Assembly: GCA_950097015.1 (NCBI GenBank)
Contig: CATNEN010000038.1
Span: 186,001-250,000 of the forward strand
Length of the DNA: 64,000 nucleotides
Source of the DNA: Macrostomum hystrix
Taxonomy: Eukaryota; Animalia; Platyhelminthes
Direction: 5' to 3'
The notes beneath the pieces are model-generated. The model did not search any database. It saw only the letters and a list, made by a program, of their open reading frames with translations, and was not told the origin of the DNA. The translations under genes and the position numbers were made by a program. Positions 50,461-61,800 of this stretch are shown piece by piece. Position 1 is the stretch's first letter, and each line of letters begins with the position of its first letter.

Positions 50461-50829
50461 CAGGCCCAGTCTCACAAGCCAGGCAAAGCTGAGGCTGCCA
50501 AAGCCCCTTCGCCTCCTGCAACAACTCAACGCGGCTGGTCTTTGGACCCGAAGGACACGCAGGACATTGCCTACAAGAAACTAATCTGACCCTGTCCCGC
50601 TCCTGCTAATCTGGCAGAATGCTGGGTGCCATGATGAATCGTCACGGCGAAGCCGTTCTATCCGCTCACGGGGGGCGTGAGGGCCGCGAAGGGATCCCAT
50701 TCTGTGACGCCCCAGACGGCACCCATGGCGCGATATCTGGGATCTAACGAAGGGACTGTCATCTGTCTTACTTACGACAGACTGCCGAGACCCCTGCTGA
50801 TCGACATCGGCCTTAGTGCTGCCGCTGTT

Positions 50830-51330
50830 GTTTATAGGTGTTCGACTCGGTGTTGAGAGCCGCGCTACCATTCGTCCTTCGGGCCTATCGGGTACCGCAG
50901 CAGCTTGTCAACACGATCATGTCGCTGTTCAGCGGCACACGCGCTGCTGCCGTGATGGCGGACGGCCTGTCAGACCTGTTCGACACCTCGTCTGGAGTCG
51001 TGCAGGGCGACACGCTAGCGCCGTTCCTCTTCATGCTGCTCCGGTACTGGGCACTACGGATCGCGCTCCCCTCAGCGGAAGACGGCTTCCTGCGCAGATG
51101 AATCGGCCGCCGCTACAACGAAAAGTGCCTCAGCGTGCTTGACTACGCCGACGACCTCGCCCTCCTGTCATCTTCTGCTAAAGCTGCAGAGCGCCAGATA
51201 GACAGGCTTGTCGAGGTGGCGGCAAGCGGCGGCCTACTCGTAAACACAAAGACCGAGGTGCTGACGGTGACGGCCGACATTACAATGGAGCTGACATGCC
51301 GCGGCGCAGACGGGCAGACGACCACGTTTG
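50830..51330 (+). pseudogene. degraded LINE (RTE-like) reverse transcriptase fragment
   Basis: FDSV...GVVQGDTLAPFLF and LDYADDLALL...N..KTE motifs in one frame, separated by an in-frame stop (TGA at 51099-51101). Confidence 0.88.
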
Positions 51331-51338
51331 CACGCTGC

Positions 51339-52334
51339 CAGTGGCGTTGCGCTGCAATTAAACGGGGGGCTTAGGGCGCATCCTTTTATTTATATTCTGC
51401 GTGACCTACTCTCGTTCTCTCTATTGCTTATTTTAGCCTAACTTATCCTAGCGCTCTCTAGTGTTCCTTTCAGATTTCTAAGTCTTATAGTCTACGACCG
51501 CCAGTGCGCTCGGTCGAGTGACAAGCGCCCCAACCCGAACTGGCGCTCTCATTCGGACCAGACACGGCGATCTCAACGCTCTTCATTGGATGTGTCGCTT
51601 TTACGAAGGCAGCCCCACCCGCGTCAGCTCACGCGGGGTCGCCACCGTACGTAAACTTCGCTCACGATACTTGGTCCGAACACCTGTCCTGGCGCTCGGA
51701 TAGGCAATCCGACCAACCTTGAAATCGCTATCGAGGTCATGCCGGCGAAAGCCGTGCCTGAGGTGCCACCACAGACCAGCTTCCCCTATCAGAATGTTGA
51801 CTGGACAAGTTTCCAGACCTGCCTGAAAGCCAGGCTTGCGCGCCGGACTCAGCTCACACCGTGGTGAACCACCTGGCCTATGCCATCATGGACGCCGCCA
51901 ACGCTTCGATTCCTCGCGGAGCCCGCTGCACCCCGTTGTCCTGGTCCTGAGGCCGAAGCGGCCTGCGTCGATCGGTTTGGAGGCGCTCCGCGTGCTATGG
52001 CAGCGCCCAGACTGCGACGTTGCGGCAGCCCGTTTTCAAGCAGCAGCGGCGGCGGCTGTAACAGCCATCCACAAAGCCAAGGGAGGCGCTCTGGGCACCT
52101 TTGTGACGGACAGTCGCCAGGAACTCAAATCAGCGGTCCTGTGGCGTATCATCCGTCCTCAGTTTGGAGCCCATCATCCACCGCGGGGCTGACCTCCAGC
52201 TTCTGGCCCATCTACCTCAAAGTGAAATTTTGAGATTGGGGTCATTTTGAGGTCACGCAGAATATAAATAAAAGGATGCGCCCTAAGCCCCCCGTTTAAT
52301 TAGCTGCAGAGGGAGGCTCTGGCGGCCGCCACTG
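51339..52334. mobile_element. inverted-repeat (hAT-like) element enclosing a LINE-like fragment
   Basis: Termini CAGTGGCG / CGCCACTG; perfect 52-bp subterminal inverted repeats at 51356-51407 and 52250-52301; no TSD seen. Confidence 0.7.
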
Positions 52335-52339
52335 GAATC

Positions 52340-52520
52340 ATTTGGGGTCGTGCGGCATGGCGCAGCCCCTCCTGACCATCTTGTCCGCTGCCTCGGATCA
52401 GAGCCAGGCCGGCGTGCCCCGGGACCCAAATCACAGTGGACCTGTGCTCGCTGGCCAGCTGCTGGAGCAGGATCGCGGCTTTTACGGTGGCGTGGACTGC
52501 AGCCATTCGAGAATAACTTC
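52340..52520 (-). pseudogene. retrotransposon RNase H fragment
   Basis: TVIWVPGHAGL motif, typical of LINE I/Ingi-type RNase H. Confidence 0.65.
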
Positions 52521-52913
52521 TCAGAGCACCACGCTCCTGAGTTTAGGCGATATATATATTTTTTTAAGGCTTGAACGAAAGCGAAAAACACGCTGGGCGC
52601 AAAGATTAGGGTGATAAAAAGCGAGTAGCTTAAAATGACATAGTCAGTCTGCCTTTCCGCCAGTCTTTCTGATATTATAACTATATAATGAAATAAATTG
52701 GAGGAAATAACAATTTTCTAGTGTTGATTTCGCAATTCAAAGAATTTCTGCCAATTTCTCTGCTAGTCAATTTGAAAATCGCCGTTCGTTTACTCGTAAT
52801 AAAATTTGGCGCTGAATTGATGGTCAGTGCCGCGTTTAACGATGATCTACATTGCCTGCATTAAATATGATTCAGGTTTTTACTTTTGATTTTATGATAA
52901 AATCGACTTAAGG

Positions 52914-53069
52914 ATGAAAACCGAGAAAAGGAAAATTCTCAGTGATAAAGACTTCACCCAGATATTTTGGAAGCTTAGTTCAGGATTTAGTGAGGAGCGC
53001 GATGCCGCATGCTATGAACTTCTTGGCTATCTCTTTGAAACGAATGATCATGTATGTGAAAAAATGGCT
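52914..53069 (+). CDS. MYBBP1A: MYBBP1A-like exon 1
   Basis: MKTEKRKILSDKDFTQIFWKLSS...; GCT|GTGAGT donor. Confidence 0.82.
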
Positions 53070-54732
53070 GTGAGTAATTTTATTATTTTTTAACAACAAT
53101 TTGGTTTCTGTTTGCACAATAAACACATGTATTTAGAGCTAATAAAGTTTGGTTAGACACTTTAGTTTTAGCTAGCTACATTTTTTAGTTTTTTATGATC
53201 CCCAGCTAGGGGCTACAACTAGGTTACTAGGTCCTTCGGCTATTTACTTATGCATTGTGCTAACTTTTAATTTATTTTATTCTAAGGATAACACAATGCT
53301 TGTTATATAAGTCTATTTATTATTTCACTTAGCTATGACTTTTTTGCAGTGTTTCAAACAGAATAACTTTATTAAAAAATTGTAAAACACTTAGATTTTA
53401 ACTTTTTGTGTTTGAGCAGCGAGACACTTTTTTATACTGCGCTGTTTTAATTTATACACTGTTTTTTTATACCAGTCATACTTGGGATACCAATGGACTA
53501 GAGTCATTTATTATTCCAAAATAGTAGATTGAACTTGCTAGAAGTGAACTAATTCAGCTAAGTCATATCCAAACCAGGAGCTCTAAGGTTTTTGATAGAA
53601 AATAGTGTGCACTAGGCTACAACCTCTAATTAATAAATTAATAAATTATAAAATTATAAGTTATGTTTTTACATAAATTTAATTTGTGAAATATAGTATA
53701 ATGGTAGGCCTATTGGCTATGTTAGTGTTTGCTTTGTCCATTCCAATATCACCATTTTGGATTGAAATTAGCATTTGGAATAAGAAATTAGAATATCTTG
53801 GATATGATCTAAAATGTAGCCATCAGGTGCAGAATTTTTGTTAGGATCCTTTGTGTTGGGAAAGTTAAAATTAAATTATAATACGCCTAATATTTATATC
53901 AAGTTGCAACTAGTAACTCTAGGCCTAAATTATTTCAAATTATCTTGCTATAAAAGTATAGCCCATAAGCCGAAGCTTATTTTTTAACTTGGCTAGGGCC
54001 CTACTAAGCAGTCCCTGTATAGCTGTAGCTAGCATTTATAAATTGTACATGTAATGACTCAGCTAAGCCTGGGTTGCAAAAAAACAACCCAGAAAACAAA
54101 AACAACATTTAGTCCTGGGCACAAGGCTTGGCATTGGCTTGGTCTGGTATTTCCTGCAGCCATTTGACCTGGTTAGCATGTCTGCAACCATTGGTGTTGT
54201 CGCACTGCATGTCCAGCAAGTTGCCCTCTAGCTTGGGTAGGTGGCTATTGATATGCTGTAATTTAATCAGTATTTTTCAATCAGGCAAAGAGCAATAAGT
54301 AGCGTGCAAAGTGTACATAAAGCAGTGTACAATGCAATGTATTCAGCTAGTGGCATGACAGTATTCAATGAATTTCACTAAATTAGCACTCACTCATTTA
54401 CTTGTAAAACTTTGTAGTCATTAGACTATGATTAATATTTCAAAAGTGTTTTTGTTTCTTTAGCAACTAAAGCAGCATTTTCCTTTGCATTATGGCCACT
54501 TGTAAGTCAACAAAATTTACTTACTGGTGTAGCAACTTGCAAAACTGTATGCACTAATAACTTTAAAGTAGCCTACTAGGTTGTTCATCTTTAAGTGATG
54601 TAAGCATCTGCAATGCCATGCAAGCCAGTCATTAGCTCTGTGGTGGTTGCTCATTCTGCTAGGCACTGTGACAACAAATAAAATGTACTTGTATGTTGAA
54701 CTATCTAGTTAAAAAATGGTCAATTTTTTTAG

Positions 54733-54855
54733 GAGCAGCGGGCAGACAATGTTGGACTGGCAGATCGTTTGCAGTACACCTTAGAAAGGCTATTTAAGGG
54801 CCTTGCTGGCATCAAGCCAGAGTCTAAGCATGGCTTTTCTTTGGCGCTAGCTTTG
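54733..54855 (+). CDS. MYBBP1A: MYBBP1A-like exon 2
   Basis: LQYTLERLFKGLAG...GFSLALAL; TTTAG/GTAAG splice sites. Confidence 0.88.
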
Positions 54856-54949
54856 GTAAGAATTTATTCGTTGATTGTTCTGTAATAAAGTGCAAATTTT
54901 TCTACTTTAGAAGCATTCTAGATTTCTATAAGAACTTGTTTTATTTCAG

Positions 54950-55039
54950 TTGCTTGAGAAACTGCACAAGAATCAGGTTCGATCTGCATTCACAACAGCC
55001 GAAAAGTGCCTGCTAGAGATGAAAGTGGATTCTAAAATG
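54950..55039 (+). CDS. MYBBP1A: MYBBP1A-like exon 3
   Basis: TTTCAG/GTATGC splice sites, phase 0, open frame LLEKLH... Confidence 0.8.
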
Positions 55040-55220
55040 GTATGCTTTTTGTCCTAATGCTTTAGAGATCTTTTTTTAATGATTGCCTGTTATGGTGATT
55101 CCAAAAAATGGAAATCATTAATCCCAGAAATCAAGATCGATTAAACAGAATTAGTTGCTGCCGACGTCGGTATCAATATCCAAAAAGTATGAATTTTGTT
55201 CCTAAAATCTTTATATTGAT

Positions 55221-55677
55221 TCCCGAAATTGGGATCAGTTTCTCAGAAATCCGGATCAATATCCCAGCGATCGGGATCAGTATCTCAGAAACCGGGATCA
55301 GTATCCCAGAAATCGGGATCAGTATCCCAGAAACCGGGAACAGTATCCCAGAGATCGGGATCAGTATCCCAAAAATCGGGATCAGTATCCCAAAAATCGG
55401 GATCAGTATCCCAGCGATCGGGATCAGTATCTCAGAAATCGAGATTAGTATCCCAGAAACCGGGATCAGTATCCCAGAAACCGGGATCAGTATCCCAAAA
55501 ATCGGGATCAGTATCCCAGCGATCGGAATCAGTATCTTAGAAACCGGGATAAGAATTCCAGAAATCGGGATCAGTATCCCAGAGATTGGGATCAGTAACT
55601 TAGATTAGAAATCGGGATCAGTATCCAAGAGTTTGGGATAAGAATTCCAGAAATCAGGATCAGTATCCCAGAAATCG
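55221..55677. repeat. 21-bp minisatellite GGGATCAGTATCCCAGAAATC
   Basis: ~21 units in MYBBP1A intron 3; internal inverted repeat GGGAT..ATCCC. Confidence 0.94.
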
Positions 55678-55775
55678 GTCGATTAATTTAGTTATCCCAA
55701 TCCCAGTTACGTTGATCTGAATATCCAAAATGTATCGACTTTCGGATTAATTATCATCCCTAACTCTATTTTTAG

Positions 55776-55967
55776 GAGGCCTCTTCGAAGAAGGCGGGTG
55801 CCTGCCTGCTAGTCCTGGTTGCCACTCGCAGCGGCGCATTCGCCAAGCTGCGGCCCAATCAGCGCTGTCGTATCATTGACGCTGTTTCGCAGCTGCTTGA
55901 CGGCGGTCAGCATGATCGCAGCCTCGCCGATTTGGCCGCCTTCGCACTGATGGGCGCCATTGAACAG
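55776..55967 (+). CDS. MYBBP1A: MYBBP1A-like exon 4
   Basis: TTTAG/GTATTT splice sites, phase 0, open frame ...LVLVATRSG... Confidence 0.8.
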
Positions 55968-56080
55968 GTATTTGAGTGCCTTAAATTCGACCTTCAAATG
56001 CCACACGCAATCGTCATGTTACTTACATAACACGCCTTTTTGTGCCAAAAATGCTTCGATAGTAACTTATATATATGATC

Positions 56081-56380
56081 TTAACCACTAGGCTGCACAG
56101 AGAGTTGTAGGTCGGGGGTTCGATTCCCGACTCCTAAACTGGAACTGGAACTATGACTGGAACTAAATTGTGTCCTTCAGCAAGGCACTTAAGTTTGCAG
56201 TGCTTCATTTCACCCAGCTGTTAAATACCAGAGTTAAAGCAATAGCATAGGGTAGTTGAGGGTTGGTGTGGTGTCACCCAGTCCATGGACTGAACAGCCG
56301 TACGAAGTATTCATATGCGCCGCTGAATAGCTGCTGCTGCGTTGTCGACTGTACATCTGACCCAAACAGGTGTAATAATA
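56081..56380 (+). mobile_element. SINE family A copy with a short inverted 5' head fragment
   Basis: B box GGTTCGATTCCCGACTCC, CORE-like domain, 3' end CATCTGACCCAAACAGGTGTAATAATA; inverted A-box fragment TAACCACTAGGCT at ~56082-56094. Confidence 0.8.
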
Positions 56381-56415
56381 CCTATATATTGATCTGCAAA
56401 TATTTCATATTTTAG

Positions 56416-56538
56416 CTCTCTACCGACGAGTTTAAGTCGCATCTGTTCGAGAAATTGTCCACTAAGCTATCTAGCGGCTGGGACAGCCTTGACGTCAACG
56501 GACTAATGCTGTTGCTATGCTGTCACCAGCATCAGAAG
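56416..56538 (+). CDS. MYBBP1A: MYBBP1A-like exon 5
   Basis: TTTAG/GTGAGC splice sites, phase 0, LSTDEFKSHLF...LSSGWD. Confidence 0.8.
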
Positions 56539-56587
56539 GTGAGCATAAAACCTAGCTTATTTAGTGTCATTTAAATTCATCGAATTT

Positions 56588-56918
56588 CATCTGATCGGGT
56601 TTATCTGATCTATGGCCTCACCTGGTTCGGGTGTGTTTCACGTTGGGCTCATCTGATCTATGGCCTCACCTGGTTCGGGTGTGCTTCACGTTGGGCTCAT
56701 CTGATCTATGGCCTCACCTGGTTCGGGTGTGCTTCACGTTGGGCTCATCTGATCTATGGCCTCACCTGGTTCGGGTGTGCTTCACGTTGGGCTCATCTGA
56801 TCTATGGCCTCACCTGGTTCGGGTGTGTTTCACGTTGGGCTCATCTGATCTATGGCCTCACCTGGTTCGGGTGTGTTTCACGTTGGGCTCATCTGATCTA
56901 TGGCCTCACCTGGTTCAG
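56588..56918. repeat. 48-bp minisatellite GTGTGTTTCACGTTGGGCTCATCTGATCTATGGCCTCACCTGGTTCGG
   Basis: ~6.5 units in MYBBP1A intron 5. Confidence 0.95.
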
Positions 56919-57050
56919 GTGTTTAAAGATTCGTTCTATTAGTAACCTCATACAGCTTAAAATATCCCTATTAGAATTGCCGAAATGACTGAAACTCCTT
57001 TTCAAAACACTGGCAATGCTTTCCTTTCTTACCTAACTCTAATTTTTCAG

Positions 57051-57143
57051 GAAGCCGTTGGCCGCAACTACCTGAAGACGCACTACGACACCAAGCATCT
57101 AATTAGTCAGGCAAATCTGGATCACTTTCTGCGCATCTGTTTG
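57051..57143 (+). CDS. MYBBP1A: MYBBP1A-like exon 6
   Basis: TTTCAG/GTAATA splice sites, phase 0. Confidence 0.78.
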
Positions 57144-57377
57144 GTAATATTTGGGAAGCTTATTTGCACTTTATTTACTTTTCATAACACATGTTATTGT
57201 TTGTTGTTGTGCATATTCACTGGCGCATCATTTGATGATTCTGCCCATTCGGCTGACTCCTTAGCGTAACTGTGAGCTCACGCATCTGCCCTGACATTCT
57301 CATCGTCAGACTGTGTATAATGTCACTGTGCCTCTCCCTCACTCTCCATTTTTTCCTAATCCCTAATCCCTAGGTCA

Positions 57378-57488
57378 AGGGGGTAAGTGCCAGTGCGGTC
57401 TAACGCGTTTGCCTCTCGCACCAAGGTCCCTGAGTTCGATTCCGCGGCGAGGCCACATTCATTTGAAATTTACGCCCTTGCGGGCAAT
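57378..57488 (+). mobile_element. tRNA-derived SINE (family B)
   Basis: CCTCTCGCACCAAGGTCCCTGAGTTCGATTCC..GGCGAGGCCACATTCATT..AATTTACGCCC; homologous to 7104-7267. Confidence 0.7.
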
Positions 57489-57623
57489 GGACTTCAAGAA
57501 ATTTCAACTAATAAACCCTCCATGCCCGCAGCTCGCCTAGGTCTCTATTCCCTATAATTCCCTGTCCTTGATTCAGGATCCCAAATTCCGATAGTACACA
57601 AAGCGCCTCATCTCCCTTCGCAG

Positions 57624-58153
57624 TCTTCCGTGAACGACTCCAACGACTGTCTGAGCAGCTGCCGCCTCCACCCAGGCGTCGAGCTACTGTTGAACAGCCT
57701 GCTGACGAAATCGCCCAGTCTGCTAGCCGAATTCGCCGCTTCGATAGTCAGGGCGACCCTGACTGACCCGGACCTGCCGCCAGCTCGCAAAGCGCTCGGC
57801 CTGGCCGTTCTAGTCTGGATCTCCAACTGTCCCGTTGAAAGCTTTGGCGAGTCGTCCGCCAACTCCAAAGCGGAGTGCCTGGCCGAATGCCTGGCTAGCG
57901 TGGAAGTTTGTCGCCAGCTGCGCAGCCATGCCGCCAGCCGGAAGTCTCTGTTGCACTCGTTTGCTTGCAAATTACTAGCTAGCAATCAGCTACTGCCCAG
58001 TTCTACTGATGGACACGCCATCCTAGTAGCCGTTGCCAACCGGTTGCTAGGGGCAGATTGTTTGTTCGATGACGGCCTGTCGGCCGAGTGTCGCGTCCTG
58101 CGTGCAGATACAATGGCCCGACTACCCGTTGATCTGCTTGACGACTGCGCGAG
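57624..58153 (+). CDS. MYBBP1A: MYBBP1A-like exon 7
   Basis: TTCGCAG acceptor, AG|GTTAGT donor; helical Leu/Ala-rich open frame (RLHPGVELLL). Confidence 0.8.
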
Positions 58154-58194
58154 GTTAGTGGACTAACGATGTGTTTTTTTAGATTGTTGAGGGA

Positions 58195-58642
58195 TTTCAG
58201 GTGGTTTTATGTAGGGTTTCAGGTGGGTTGGTTGTTGGGATTCTGGTAGGTTGGTTGTTGGTTTTATGGTGGGTTGGTTGTTGGGTTTCTGGTGGGTTGG
58301 TTGTTGGGTTTCTGGTGGGTTAATTGTGGGGTTTTAGGTGGGTTGTTTGTTGGGTTTCTGTTGGTTGGTTGTAGGGCTTCAGGTGGGTTGCTTGTAAGGT
58401 TTCAGGTGGGTTGCTTGTAAGGTTTCAGGTGGGTTGGTTGTTGGGTTTCAGGTGGGTTGGTTGTTTGATTTCAGGTGGGTTGGTTGTTGAGTTTCTGGTG
58501 GGTTGGTTGTTGGGTTTCTGGTGGGTTAATTGTGGGGTTTTAGATGGGTTGTTTGTTGGGTTTCTGTTGGTTGGTTGTAGGGCTTCAGGTGGGTTGCTTG
58601 TAAGGTTTCAGGTGGGTTGGTTGTTGGGTTTCAGGTGGGTTG
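58195..58642. repeat. ~23-bp GT-rich minisatellite TTCAGGTGGGTTGGTTGTTGGGT (left part)
   Basis: Interrupted by the LTR element; resumes at 63377. Confidence 0.93.
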
Positions 58643-58851
58643 TGTAAGACTTGCGTACTTGCACTTCGCCCCGCATTGCGTCAGCTTGCTCCAGCCAATC
58701 AATACCTCTTACGTCTTGTGCGCGCACTCAGCACTTTCAACTCTCACCTGTCGTACCCCCACCCCAATTATCGATCCATTAAATATATATTGTCGCCCGC
58801 GGGGCAGCGCTCAGTTGAGCATATTTTCGACCACAAATCAAAGACTCTACA
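58643..58851 (+). repeat. 5' LTR
   Basis: Identical to 63168-63376 on base-by-base reading. Confidence 0.97.
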
Positions 58852-58869
58852 GTGGCATCGCAAGCAGTC

Positions 58870-61800
58870 ATGTCTGTGCCCCTACACCTGCCCCCACCTG
58901 AGCCTTTCGATACACAGAAAGAGCCACACAATCTCGCGGCGCGTTGGGCAGAATGGGCGAGCCGGTTCAAGTGCTTTGTGACAGCTAGCGGCATTTCAAA
59001 CACGCAACAGCAACGCGAAATTCTGCTATACGTCGGCGGTAAACAGCTTTACGAAGCCTACGCAGAGCTGACCACACCAGGCGAGTCACTCGACGATCTC
59101 CTAAAGGCCTTCAAAGGGCACTTCAGCAGCAGGCACAACCCCGTGTTCGTGCGGTACGAGTTCCGGTTCTGCACCCAACAGCAGGGCGAGTCCATCAACG
59201 CTTGGGTGCAGCGGCTGTACAGGGCAGCGGAGGGCTGCGATTTCGAGACCCAGCGCGACCCCATCATCAGGGACCAGATCGTTGCCGGCTGCCAATCAGA
59301 CCAGCTGCGCCGCAGGCTGCTGCAGACACCGAACATCGGCCTCCAGGACGCCCTGCAGCAGGCCAGAGCCTTCGAATCGGCGGACCTCCAGTCAGCGGCT
59401 ATCGAAGCCCGCAAGTCCGACTCTGTGAATGCGGTTCGGCGAATCGAGAGGCCAGCGAGATTGGAGCAGCCCAGAAACAGCAAATGCATCCGCTGTGGCG
59501 AGCCGGGCCACAGAACTTGCGAGGCGGCCCGCGGAAAGACTTGCCGGAGCTGCAACAAAGTTGGGCACCTAGCGAAGGCCTGTCTGTCCAAACCGTCCGG
59601 CTCGAGGAGGGTGCACACCATCACCGAGGAGCAGCAGCCCGAACAGCAGGGACCCGATGACAGTGACAGTAGCTGCGAGGTCTTCAGCCTCTCCCCTCTG
59701 AGAAAGAGGCTGCCGCTCGTGAAAGCCGACATCAACGGTCGTGCCACAGACCTGCTTATTGACAGCGGCGCGACCTGCAACCTCATGGACGTCAGGACCT
59801 TCAAGGCCATCGAGGGCAGCGCGGCCCAGCTTGTTGAGTCCCAAAAAAAAGTATTCCCGTTCGGCTCCAGCAAGCCGCTGACGACATTGGGCAAGGCCAC
59901 CTTGCAAACGACCGTCTACGACGTCAGCGCCCGCATCAGCTACATCATCGTGAAGGAAAGCGGCACCACGATCATCGGCCGCCAGACCAGCGAGGGACTC
60001 GGCATTCTGCGCATCGGGCCAAGCCAACCGACGGTCTGCCAGCTGACGGAAGCCAACAAGCTGCCGAAGTCTCTCAACACAGCCCTGGAGGCAGCAGCAG
60101 CCGAGGCGAACGACCGGACGCTACCAGAACAGGAGCGCCTAGCCAACATCCTCCGGGCACACCGCCAACGTTTCGAGGGCATCGGCTGTGTCAAGGACGT
60201 CGAGGTCAGCATCCACCTACGCGAAGAAGCCGTGCCTGTCTGCCACCCACCCAGCCGAGTCCCGGTGCACCTGCGGGAGGCAGCGCAGCGCGAGCTGGAC
60301 GAACAGCTTGCGGCCGGCATCATCGAGCGAGTGAAGGGACCGTCCGACTGGGTGGCCCGCATGGTGGTAGTCCCGAAGTCGCAGCCGGGCCAAGTGCGCA
60401 TCACCCAGGACCTGCGAGATGTCAACAAGTTCGTGGTGCCCGAGAAGCAGCCCATCCCGACATTCGAGGAGGTCACAGACGAAATGGCAGGCGCGCGCTA
60501 CTTCTCGGAGCTCGACATCAACAAGGCCTTCCATCAGATCCGTGTCCGGGAGGAATCGCGCCACTTGCTGACGTTCTCCACGCCAAAGGGCCTCATGCGA
60601 CTGACGCGCCTGTGCATGGGCTTCACGTCAGCGTCGGAGATCCTGCAGAGGGTCATGACCACCGTGCTCGGCGGCCTGTCCGGCGTCCGCTGGGTGCACG
60701 ATGACATCATCATCTACGCCAGAAACATCAAGGACCACAACCAGCAACTGGCGGCAACTCTGCAGCGGCTGGAGTCCTACAACGTCACCCTCAACCCGGC
60801 GAAGTGCAGATTCGCGGTCAGGGAGGCGACTTTTCTCGCCATGCGCCTCTCTGAGAAGGGCATCCAGCCAACTGAGGACAAGGTGAGCGCGGTCCAGTCG
60901 TTTAGGGCACCGAAGAACGCGTCCGAGGTGAGATCATTCCTAGGCCTCGTTGCCTTTGTCAGCCGCTTTATCCCAGCACTCGCAGACATTGCCAAGCCTC
61001 TCAGAAACCTGACCAGAAGGGAGGCCGCCTGGACCTGGGGAGCGGCGGAAGACGCTGCCTTCAACGCCGTCAAGAGCTCCATCGCTGCCAGCAGCACTTT
61101 AGCGTTCTTCGACAAGCAGAAGCCGACAGAAGTGATCGTGGACGCCAGCCCGACCGGCCTCGGGGCAATCCTTAGCCAGCAACAACCAGACGGCAGCCTG
61201 AGACCAATCGCCTACGCCAGCCGCGCCCTGACGGCCGTAGAGGCGCGCTACTCGCAGACTGAGCGGGAGGCCCTCGCGGTTAAATTCGGCTGCCTCCGCT
61301 TCCGCCACTACCTCAGCGGCTCACCCGGCTTCCGAGTCGTCACCGATCACAAGCCGCTGGTGCACCTCTTCAAGCCAAATTCCCGGCCGCCTCCGAGGAT
61401 CGAAAGAATGGCACTGAGCATCCAGGACCTGGTGTTCGAGACAACATACAGGCCAGGCCCGTCCATCCCCAGCGATGTCCTGAGCCGGCAACCAAGCGGG
61501 CCCTCAGCAGTCGCTGCAGTCGGTGAGTCCAGGGACACTAACTTCATTAACAGCATCGCCGAAGCCGCCACCCCGAAGGGACTCTCGCTGCAGCAGATCA
61601 AGGGGGCGACGGCAAGAGACGAAGCGCTGCGGGCAGCCATCGCGGCCCTCCGCGGTGGCGACTGGGACCTTCGAGACGCAACGCTGCGGTCCCTGCATGC
61701 GCTGAAGCAGGAGCTGTCCGCAACCGACGGGGTCTTGCTACGAGGACACCGGATTGTCGTCCCCGAGGCTCTACGACAGGCAGTGCTGCGCCTAGCGCAC

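Noticed and set aside
12913-56942. Other repetitive ORFs (12913, 14361, 25566, 25972, 37925-38522, 55108, 56631)
   Set aside because: All coincide with tandem arrays in introns or non-coding DNA.
57354-57373. Telomere-like CCCTAAT repeats
   Set aside because: Only 2-3 imperfect 7-bp units.
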